A stretch of DNA of 64,000 bases from assembly GCA_039811685.1 (NCBI GenBank), contig JBDHZC010000004.1, forward strand, positions 256,001-320,000. The letters run 5' to 3'. Source of the DNA: Armatimonadota bacterium (lineage in GTDB: Bacteria; Armatimonadota; UBA5829; DSUL01). Every line of letters starts with the position of its first letter. The stretch's first letter is position 1. The notes under the pieces were generated by a model. That model was not told the DNA's origin. It saw only the letters and a program-made list of their open reading frames with translations, and searched no databases. Below are positions 29,549-37,712 of this stretch, piece by piece. The position numbers were made by a program, and so were the translations under genes.

Positions 29549-32500
29549 ATGAGCGCCGCGTCAGCCACAGTTCTCAGAAGTCATTTTGGCTTCGGCAAAT
29601 TCCGGCCGGGACAGGAAGAGGCTATCGAAAATCTCACGTCCGGCAAGCATACGCTCGTGGTTATGCCCACTGGGGCGGGGAAATCACTCGTCTACCAGCT
29701 CGCCGCCCTTCAGCTTGGTGGGCTTACCCTTGTCCTTTCTCCGCTTATCTCGCTGATGAGGGATCAAGTGGATGCTCTCACGCGAAGGCGGATCCCGGCG
29801 ACGTTCATCAACAGCTCACTTTCGCAGGCGGAGCAGTCTCGTCGCCTTGCTGATACGGTGGCAGGCCGCTACAGACTCGTGTATGTAGCTCCAGAGCGTT
29901 TGCTCAGTGTCGCGTTTCAGCAGGCTCTATCGAACCTTCATCTGAATTTGCTGGCGGTGGACGAAGCGCACTGTGTCTCAGAGTGGGGACACGATTTTCG
30001 CCCTGATTATCTGCGCATCGCTGAAGTGCGACGTAAGCTGGGGTCTCCAGTCACGGCTGCGTTGACTGCGACGGCGACTGTGCGCGTCCAGGATGAGATC
30101 ATACGTCTCTTAGAGCTGAGTAGTGCCGAGGGAGTTATCACGGGATTCAACCGTCCGAACTTGAGCTTCGAAGTGCGCTATGCTGGGGATAGCCGGTCCA
30201 AACTTCTCCTCTTGCGCAGGCTGTTGTCCGAAGAAAGCGGTATCCCGGCCATCGTTTATTGCGGAACGCGGCGGGATAGCGAGGAGGTCGCGGCCTTTGT
30301 GTCCGAGGCGCTGGGGATTGAGGCGCTAGCTTATCACGCAGGTCTCGAAGATGGGTCTCGCGATCGTGTGCAGGCGGCGTTTATGAACGGCGATGTGCCG
30401 GTCGTCGCCGCAACTTGCGCGTTTGGAATGGGCATCGACCGGCAGGATGTGCGGCTGGTTGTGCATTTTTCGCTCCCTGGAACCCTCGAAGCTTACTATC
30501 AGGAGGCCGGGCGCGCTGGACGCGACGGTGATCCTGCACGAGCTGTGCTTCTCTACGCTCCTCAGGACAGATCACTGCAGGAGTTTTTCATAGAGAGTGA
30601 TGCGTTTGATGAAGACGACCTTTCCCATGTCTATCAGGCGCTGACGACCTGCGTCAAGGACGAGACGTGGGTGGATCCGGATAATCTCTCGCGTGCGACC
30701 GGGTTTGGGGAGACCCGGCAGCGGTTGGCGCTTGCCGGACTGGAGAAGGCCGGAATGCTTCAAAGGCTTGGGGATGAGGGCAGAGCGATGCTTGTTTCGC
30801 TCGGTGGCTGGCATCCTGAGGAGGCAAAACGCGCTGTTGCGGCCGCTCGTCAGCGTCAGGATTTCCGCTTGCGGCAGCTTGATCTGATGGTAGGCTATGG
30901 CGAAACAGATAAGTGCCGCAGACGGATCATCCTCGATCATTTTGGCGATAGTAGTCTGGGTGTCGCCGACGATTGCTGTGACAACTGCCGGTCGCTCGCC
31001 GTAGCTCGCGTTGTAAAGGACACGCCTCGTGAGTTCAGTACGCTGCCGCAGAACGAGAAGACAGCGCTGGTGATTCTCGATGCCCTGCGCCGCCTGAATT
31101 GGAGCGTAGGGCGCACAAAGCTTGGAGATTTGCTCGTAGGCAGCAAGAGCAGGGCAATGCGGGAGTGCGGCTACGATCACAGCCCCTACTACGGGCGTCT
31201 CGCGCGCTTTAAGCGCGAGGACGTGATGGACATGCTGCAACAGCTTGTGGAAATGCGATACCTTCAGGCGTCCAGCGACAGATTTCGTCCCGTGCTGAAG
31301 CTCACAGATCTGGGTGAAGAGGCAATTCGGCTTCGAGCTTCAATCCCGCTGCGTCTGCCTCGTTCTGCGAGTGTGCCTCCAGCGCGCTACGGAAAAAAAG
31401 CGCAGCACAGCGTGAGTTCTGCTGCATTAACTTATCAGATGTTCTCAGAGAACATGGTCCCCGAGGCTATTGCGGCGGAACGCAACCTTTCGATTAGTAC
31501 GGTTTACGCACATCTTGCGTTGTTCATCGCACAAGGAGGGCTGCAGATCGAGAGCGTCGTATCACCGGACCGCGTCGCCGCGATTCGCGTTGCAATAGAG
31601 CAGATAGGTAACGCCGAGGCTCTTTCACCAGTGAAAGAGTTGTTACCTGATGAGGTAACGTACCATGAAATACGCTGCGTTGCAGAAGACTGGAAGAGAG
31701 AACACTCTGCAGGTGCGGATGCCAGTAACATTCGCAAAGCCATACTGGAGTGTGTCAGAGCGCATCCTGGTGAATTGCCGCGCAGTCGCATCGCGGATCT
31801 GTTGACGGGCTCCCACGTCGACCGGCTGGGCGAGTGGCGTCGTGGGCCGTTTTTCAAGAACCTGTCAGGTGACAAGTCTGGCACGGTCCTGCGGGCAATA
31901 GACGATTTGATCGAGGACGGGCAGATCAAGCTCGATGATCGGCGCAAGGTCTGGCCCGCTTGGGACACAGCTTATCAAGGCGCGCGCGAGGACGATCTAG
32001 TCGGACGCTTTCTGTCGCGCTCCCATCCGCAGAAGCTGTCCGGACCATGGGAGTGTGGCTGGGCGCTCGGGTTCTACAGCAGCTTTTCGGGGAATGAGTG
32101 GTCGCGCAGCCGGGTCGGGGATCTTGTGCACCGACTAAAATATGAAGGTGAAACCGAAGCTCTCCTTCCGCTGGTTAGCGAAGCCCTGGCCCTGATCGAA
32201 GCGCACCCGGAGTTCTCTCGGGTTGATGGTGTTGTGGCCGCGCCTCCCACCGTTGTTCGAGAATTCGACCACGTTGCTGCGTTCGCCAGATTGCTGGCGG
32301 ATAGACTCCGGTTGCCTGTCTTGGCAGCAATAGAGAAAACGCGTCACACCCGGCCCCAAAAAGACTTTCGCACTCTGGCTGAGAAGAAGCATAATGTCGC
32401 AGGAGCCTATCAGAGTAGAGAGTGCGTTCGTGGGCGGCGTTTGCTTCTTGTAGACGATCTTTTCGATTCTGGCATGAGTTTGGAGGAGATGACGCAGACC

Positions 32501-32569
32501 TTACTGAGAGCCGGCGCAAAAGGTGTGGTTGTGCTGACAATGACAAGAACTATACATTCGGATGACTAA
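29549..32569 (+). CDS. RecQ-family helicase with RQC/HTH domains fused to a C-terminal ComF-like phosphoribosyltransferase domain (RqlH-like)
   Basis: MPTGAGKS, DEAHCVSEWGHDFRPDY, QEAGRAGRDG, CRR...CCDNC Zn site, RQC, HTH, second RQC-like domain, PRPP loop LLVDDLFDSGMS. Confidence 0.92.
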   Translation: MSAASATVLRSHFGFGKFRPGQEEAIENLTSGKHTLVVMPTGAGKSLVYQLAALQLGGLTLVLSPLISLMRDQVDALTRRRIPATFINSSLSQAEQSRRLADTVAGRYRLVYVAPERLLSVAFQQALSNLHLNLLAVDEAHCVSEWGHDFRPDYLRIAEVRRKLGSPVTAALTATATVRVQDEIIRLLELSSAEGVITGFNRPNLSFEVRYAGDSRSKLLLLRRLLSEESGIPAIVYCGTRRDSEEVAAFVSEALGIEALAYHAGLEDGSRDRVQAAFMNGDVPVVAATCAFGMGIDRQDVRLVVHFSLPGTLEAYYQEAGRAGRDGDPARAVLLYAPQDRSLQEFFIESDAFDEDDLSHVYQALTTCVKDETWVDPDNLSRATGFGETRQRLALAGLEKAGMLQRLGDEGRAMLVSLGGWHPEEAKRAVAAARQRQDFRLRQLDLMVGYGETDKCRRRIILDHFGDSSLGVADDCCDNCRSLAVARVVKDTPREFSTLPQNEKTALVILDALRRLNWSVGRTKLGDLLVGSKSRAMRECGYDHSPYYGRLARFKREDVMDMLQQLVEMRYLQASSDRFRPVLKLTDLGEEAIRLRASIPLRLPRSASVPPARYGKKAQHSVSSAALTYQMFSENMVPEAIAAERNLSISTVYAHLALFIAQGGLQIESVVSPDRVAAIRVAIEQIGNAEALSPVKELLPDEVTYHEIRCVAEDWKREHSAGADASNIRKAILECVRAHPGELPRSRIADLLTGSHVDRLGEWRRGPFFKNLSGDKSGTVLRAIDDLIEDGQIKLDDRRKVWPAWDTAYQGAREDDLVGRFLSRSHPQKLSGPWECGWALGFYSSFSGNEWSRSRVGDLVHRLKYEGETEALLPLVSEALALIEAHPEFSRVDGVVAAPPTVVREFDHVAAFARLLADRLRLPVLAAIEKTRHTRPQKDFRTLAEKKHNVAGAYQSRECVRGRRLLLVDDLFDSGMSLEEMTQTLLRAGAKGVVVLTMTRTIHSDD

Positions 32570-32575
32570 CCAAAC

Positions 32576-33544
32576 GTGAGCAGGCTTCACTGGTTTGCGC
32601 TCAGTTTGACTCCGGGAATCGGCGGGTCCACTGCACGGCGTCTCGTTGAAAAGTTCGGTAGCGCAGAAGATGTCTTCGCTGCTTCAGATGGTGAGCTCCG
32701 AGAAGTTCCGCGTGTCACGGAAGCTATCGTCGCGGCTCTTCGGGCATTGAATCTGGACGATCTCGAGCGTCAGATGGACGCGCTTGCAGATAACAACGTG
32801 AGTCTTCTAACCCTCGATGAGGCTGACGAGCGCTATCCGCCAAACCTTCGCGCGTGCGCCGATGCACCCGGCATCCTTTACTGCGCTGGCGATCTGCTGG
32901 AGTCCGACAGCGTCGCGGTAGCTGTTGTTGGAACGCGCGAACCGTCGGCGCAGTCTGAGCGAACAGCGTTTGAGCTGGCGAGCGAACTCGCCGAGCGCGG
33001 AGTTACGGTTGTCAGCGGGCTTGCGCGGGGGATCGATACGGCAGCACACCGCGGAGCGATGTCAGCGGACTCCGGCCGTACGATTGGTGTCATCGGTTCC
33101 GGACTCAAACGCATTCACCCACGAGAGAACGCGAGCTTTGCCAGGGAGATGGCCGAGCGTGGCGCCGTGCTTTCGGAACTCGCGCCAGATATTCCACCGC
33201 AAGGGATGCATCTGATGGCGCGAGACAGGATTATCAGCGGTCTCTCCCGTGCAGTCGTTGTTGTCGAGGCGGTGGAAGGCAGCGGTAGTCTGGATACGGC
33301 AGCCAGAGCAAAGAAACAGGGTAGACCGGTCTACGCCGTGCCGGGCAGTGCTGGTTGCGATGCCTTGCTAAGGCGCGGCTCTGCGGAGATTTGTGAACCC
33401 AAGCCTGATTTCCTCGACAAACTCACTGAAGTGGCCGCCACTCCTCCTGCTGAAAAGGACGATGCAGAGTCTGGTCCAAATGGACAACTCACAGCGTCTG
33501 CTTCAGAGGACGTGCCGTCGCAACTCAAATTGTTCGATAACTGA
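32576..33544 (+). CDS. dprA: DprA/Smf family DNA-binding protein
   Basis: N-terminal HhH/SAM (TPGIG), AVVGTR, VSGLARGIDTAAH, RDRIISGLS, SGSLDTA; lacks the C-terminal wHTH; ends QLKLFDN. Confidence 0.9.
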   Translation: MSRLHWFALSLTPGIGGSTARRLVEKFGSAEDVFAASDGELREVPRVTEAIVAALRALNLDDLERQMDALADNNVSLLTLDEADERYPPNLRACADAPGILYCAGDLLESDSVAVAVVGTREPSAQSERTAFELASELAERGVTVVSGLARGIDTAAHRGAMSADSGRTIGVIGSGLKRIHPRENASFAREMAERGAVLSELAPDIPPQGMHLMARDRIISGLSRAVVVVEAVEGSGSLDTAARAKKQGRPVYAVPGSAGCDALLRRGSAEICEPKPDFLDKLTEVAATPPAEKDDAESGPNGQLTASASEDVPSQLKLFDN

Positions 33545-33867
33545 CGCTTCTTGAGTAGTACGGCTCCAGTCTCCAAAGATTGGAGGCTGATCAACGCAAG
33601 AGAGAGCTACGTCATTTGACGAATATCTGGAGTTTTGGAGCGATTTTCCGCATAAGGACGGAGCTTTCCCTGCGGCGCAACCGATGCTTCGAGGTGTCAG
33701 TTTCTCGACACATGCCCAGGGCGGCCACGCGGGCTCTATCCGTACACGATGTTGTCGCCCACTGAGTTCAGATGTTGATCAGGTACGCACACGCCTGCCG
33801 CGATTTGCGCTGGCAGAAATCTCGAACCTTTTTCGTTCAATGCATGTTGCGTCCGGTGCCCAATCTC

Positions 33868-33876
33868 TGCTACACT
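33868..33876 (+). promoter_or_regulatory. Extended -10 promoter TGC-TACACT
   Basis: About 150 nt upstream of ATG 34026. Confidence 0.35.
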
Positions 33877-34025
33877 TATCCCCGTTGAAGCGCACCGCGT
33901 TCTCCCTGGGATTATTCTGCTGACGACAGAGAGCGCCGATGTTTCACGGGCTCACGCCCCGAGCCTGGCTGCCCCCGAACGTTTACAAGAGTTCTGCTGC
34001 CGAGTCCTCGATTGAGGGACAATTT

Positions 34026-37000
34026 ATGCGTGTCCGCGCCGGGAACAACAGAATCCTGGGTGCGCTATTTGCGCGCGTTCTCAAACACATAGCAATCTCG
34101 TCGGTGCTTCTGTCGCTCGGTGTCAGCACTCACGGTAGCGCACTTGATGCGGATGCACACACCAGACTGACAGACGGAGTCAGGGCTTCGTCCAGCATAG
34201 TGGACCCTGCCTGGTTGACGCTCTTTGCAGATTCGTCTCAACTTCCGCGCACTCAGAACGCACTCGGTGAGTTTGCCTTCTGGGGGCTGAACGCTCCGCA
34301 CGGGTTTTCTCCGAGTCTCACTCCGGACCAGTTCGACATGGTCAAGAATGCCAACATTCGCGGTGTTCGCTACGATATCCTCTGGGGTGGTATCCAGCAG
34401 AACGGGCCTGACAGCTACGACTGGAACTGGAACGGTCTGCAAGACGACATCAACACCTACGTTCAGAACGGATTCACAGTAGAGTGTTTGCTGGGCTTCT
34501 TCCCAGCGTGGGCCAATGGAATGCGGGATCGCAGCGTTCCTTCGAATACTGCCGTCGAGCAACAACTGGTGAACTTCTCATCGTCGGACACTGTCTCTCT
34601 GGGTCATGAGAACATCTTTCTCACAGAGCCGGATGAGATGCCTGTCGTAGTGACCCCAGACCCTCCACAAACCACTCGCTATTCAAATGAAGTTGTCACC
34701 ACGTCCTTTCAGCAGGGGCGGGCTGTGCGCGCGAGCCACTATCCGGTCATCGTCGGCACGGAGAAGGTGGAGGTGGACGAGAACGACGGGCAGGGTTATC
34801 GCACGTGGACGAGGGTTGACAACCTCATCAACTCACCCGATGGCGCTGAGCATTACCAGTTTGACCGTTCCGGCCGTGTGAAGTTCCGCAACAACTCGCT
34901 GTTCTGGAATCACGGAAAGACACCTGCAGATGGGTCGAAAATCCGCATCAGCTACGACGCTCAGACAAAGATCTACGAGATGGGAGTTGACTACAACTTC
35001 GACAATATGAGCGGGGAGATAACGCGGCTGCCCGGAGAGGTTACTGGTTTCCTTCCTGAGGAAAACTTCTCTACGGTTCCACTTGACTCACGCTGGCAGT
35101 GGATGAATCCTCCGATGTCTTTCAGCGTCAATGCCGCGGGCTCAGGCGTGCTGCACTACCCTGTGAATGCACCGATGAATGAGGTTGGCCATTTCCTCTA
35201 TCAGACCATAGCCGGCTCAGGCGATTTTACAATCTCAGTCCGCGCAAAACAGTTTTCCGCCTCCTCAACCTCGCAAACCGGCGTGCTCATCTATCAGGAC
35301 GCCGGCAACTGGTTCCGCTATTCTGTCACTTCGGATCAGGGGCGGCCGTATCTGACGAGGTGTGTGAACGGCACGGTCACGGTCTATGGCTACAGTGGCG
35401 AGCTGGGCTGGATGTGCACGGCGCCGCGCTGGGTCACCGTCCGCAAACACGGCAACACCTTCACGGTGTTCAATTCCGTCAGCAGCCTGTCCGGCCCCGA
35501 CGGCGGCTATTCGAATCTCTACACTTTCACTCAGAATCTGAACTTTCCGCTGAAAGCGGGGATTTCAAGCTCAGGTGTGGACCCAGTCGGCGTGGATATC
35601 GATCAGGTTCTGATCAAGACGCCGTCAATACCTGTGGGCGGCAGCGTCCGAATCAGCTACAACGCGCTCAACACCGAGCCGTTCACCACGTTTGTGCGCG
35701 CGTTTGTGACGCAGTTTAAGGACCGCGTCAAGTACTACGAAATCAACAACGAACCAGATCAGTCCTGGTGCTGGCGCGGAGGCATGGAGCTTTATGCTGT
35801 CTGGCTTCGCGAGACCGCCAAAGCTGTGCGCGAAACAGATCCGTCCGCCAAGGTAATCTGCGGTGGTTTCGCCAACGGCGCGTCCTCAAATCTGGAGCAT
35901 CTGTACGCGTCAATCGGCAAAAACTGGTTTGACTATGCGGCGTGGCACCCCTATCTGTTCTCCAATGTATCGCCGGATGCGGCCAACTGGGCGCTCAATG
36001 AATCCAACGGAGTGGGGCGGGCTGTTATGACGGACAACGGTGATGCCAGTAAAGAGGTATTCCTCGGAGAGATGGCTACCGCCAGTGGTGTACTGACTTC
36101 GGGCGGAGGCATGGGAGACGCCAGGCAGGCTGAGTACGGAACGCGGCTCCTTATGTGGGCCAGACGCGTGGGATGGGCCAAAGCCGTGCAATGGTGGCCC
36201 GCCATCGATCTGTACCCAGTTGGCGTAGCAGAAGACAATCAGTGGGGCGGGCACGAAGGCCTCTTCTATTCCAGCGGGGCGCCCAAACCAGTGTTCTGGT
36301 CCATGAAGAATCTCGCCTCAAATCGAGGTGTGCTTATGGATCTGGGGTCTTATGATGCAAATAACAACTTGACTCCGGCGTCCGGGCACTATACGGTTAA
36401 CAAGGTCGTACTGGGAGTTCAAGATCGGTCGGCGGTTGCATCAGTCAATGTTCTCACATCACTCACCAACACCGATGACAGCAGCAAGCCTGCAGTCGTC
36501 GCGGCGGCGTTTTCCGGACAATCTGGCGGTCAAGCGTTTACTGTAAATGTTAATACCACGTCCTCCGGGCTGAAAACCGAAACCTGGACACTCTCTCGCC
36601 TGTCCACGCGATCCTTTGGTGTCAGCGGCTCAGCGTCCGGCCCACAAGGCACAGCCGTTGTCGGTCAGCCTTTCACTTCATACAACGGTGTTGTGAGTTT
36701 CACTCTGCCGTCTGTTCCCAATGGCTATGCGTCTGGAGACTCCTTTGTTTTCAGAACATTTCGAGGTGACGGCTTCAAGACTGCGGCAAGTTGGACCAAT
36801 GGCTCGGGCACGACAAATCTGAACGACCTGCTGCCTCCATCGGAAGGGTCTGGACCACAGCTTTCATCGGTTCTGAGCGGCCCTGGTGACATTGTGATCG
36901 ATCTTCCGGCGCCTGCCGATGCGCGCTACGTCTCTATTCAGGTATCTAAAGTGCCAGAAGCTGCATCCTTCTCGCTGGATGAGGTTCAGGTGATAGACAC

Positions 37001-37577
37001 GCAAGGCGCCAATGTTGCTCTTGGAAAACTCTACGTCGTGGACGGATATCAGGATGTCTTTCAGTCCGGGGTGTTGGATGGTGAACGTGTTGGAGCTGCC
37101 AAGGCACTGCCTGACGGCACTCCGGTCACTCTTGACGATTGCGTGCTCTACTACAAGCAGGGGACCCTGGCGTATGTCTCGGACGTCGGCCGTGCGGCAG
37201 GAATTCGCCTCGAAGGCGTAATAGACGCACCGGAAGGTTCGATTATCACCGCTAACGGCGTGCTTGGAACAACATCCGGTGGCGAGCGTTTCGTCCAGCT
37301 CTCAAGCGCTTTCAAGACTGGGTCAACCACTCTGCAGCCCTTGTTCGCTCAAAATCATGCGCTGAAGATGCCTCTTATGGATGGGCTCTTCGTCTGTGCC
37401 TTTGGAAGAGTGGTGGCCGGCTCCGTGACTCCAAACTCCTACGTTCTCTCGGACGGCTCGGGATCTGCCGGTGTGAGAGTTGTCACTCCGGGGACTCCTT
37501 CGGTTTCGGAGGGCGATCTGGTAAAAGTCACAGGCGCGGCGGGCTATGACTCCGGACGGGTCATCTACACCCATTGA
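34026..37577 (+). CDS. Secreted multidomain clan GH-A glycoside hydrolase (GH39/GH5-like) with nested inserts, lectin- and discoidin-like domains, and shared C-terminal domain
   Basis: RYDILWGGIQ...YDW; YYEINNEPD (acid/base); AWHPY; VFLGEM (nucleophile); PKPVF; RBS GAGGG before ATG 34026. Confidence 0.8.
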   Translation: MRVRAGNNRILGALFARVLKHIAISSVLLSLGVSTHGSALDADAHTRLTDGVRASSSIVDPAWLTLFADSSQLPRTQNALGEFAFWGLNAPHGFSPSLTPDQFDMVKNANIRGVRYDILWGGIQQNGPDSYDWNWNGLQDDINTYVQNGFTVECLLGFFPAWANGMRDRSVPSNTAVEQQLVNFSSSDTVSLGHENIFLTEPDEMPVVVTPDPPQTTRYSNEVVTTSFQQGRAVRASHYPVIVGTEKVEVDENDGQGYRTWTRVDNLINSPDGAEHYQFDRSGRVKFRNNSLFWNHGKTPADGSKIRISYDAQTKIYEMGVDYNFDNMSGEITRLPGEVTGFLPEENFSTVPLDSRWQWMNPPMSFSVNAAGSGVLHYPVNAPMNEVGHFLYQTIAGSGDFTISVRAKQFSASSTSQTGVLIYQDAGNWFRYSVTSDQGRPYLTRCVNGTVTVYGYSGELGWMCTAPRWVTVRKHGNTFTVFNSVSSLSGPDGGYSNLYTFTQNLNFPLKAGISSSGVDPVGVDIDQVLIKTPSIPVGGSVRISYNALNTEPFTTFVRAFVTQFKDRVKYYEINNEPDQSWCWRGGMELYAVWLRETAKAVRETDPSAKVICGGFANGASSNLEHLYASIGKNWFDYAAWHPYLFSNVSPDAANWALNESNGVGRAVMTDNGDASKEVFLGEMATASGVLTSGGGMGDARQAEYGTRLLMWARRVGWAKAVQWWPAIDLYPVGVAEDNQWGGHEGLFYSSGAPKPVFWSMKNLASNRGVLMDLGSYDANNNLTPASGHYTVNKVVLGVQDRSAVASVNVLTSLTNTDDSSKPAVVAAAFSGQSGGQAFTVNVNTTSSGLKTETWTLSRLSTRSFGVSGSASGPQGTAVVGQPFTSYNGVVSFTLPSVPNGYASGDSFVFRTFRGDGFKTAASWTNGSGTTNLNDLLPPSEGSGPQLSSVLSGPGDIVIDLPAPADARYVSIQVSKVPEAASFSLDEVQVIDTQGANVALGKLYVVDGYQDVFQSGVLDGERVGAAKALPDGTPVTLDDCVLYYKQGTLAYVSDVGRAAGIRLEGVIDAPEGSIITANGVLGTTSGGERFVQLSSAFKTGSTTLQPLFAQNHALKMPLMDGLFVCAFGRVVAGSVTPNSYVLSDGSGSAGVRVVTPGTPSVSEGDLVKVTGAAGYDSGRVIYTH

Positions 37578-37654
37578 GCCGCGTTTCGTCCGCCTCTGTC
37601 CCGCACGCCGCCGTAACATAAGCTCACGGTCAGGCGCACTGGTCGCAGCAAGAA

Positions 37655-37688
37655 AAGACAGCCTCTGACGAAAGCCGGAGGCTGTCTT
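37655..37688. terminator. Bidirectional terminator
   Basis: AAGACAGCCTC...GAGGCTGTCTT between convergent genes; A tract upstream. Confidence 0.75.
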
Positions 37689-37712
37689 AGAATCCCCATG
37701 AAGAAGTGTCCT

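Noticed and set aside
34560..36800. Prophage or contractile injection system locus suggested by baseplate-like motifs
   Set aside because: The motifs lie inside one intact glycoside hydrolase ORF; there are no sheath, tube, terminase or integrase genes nearby.
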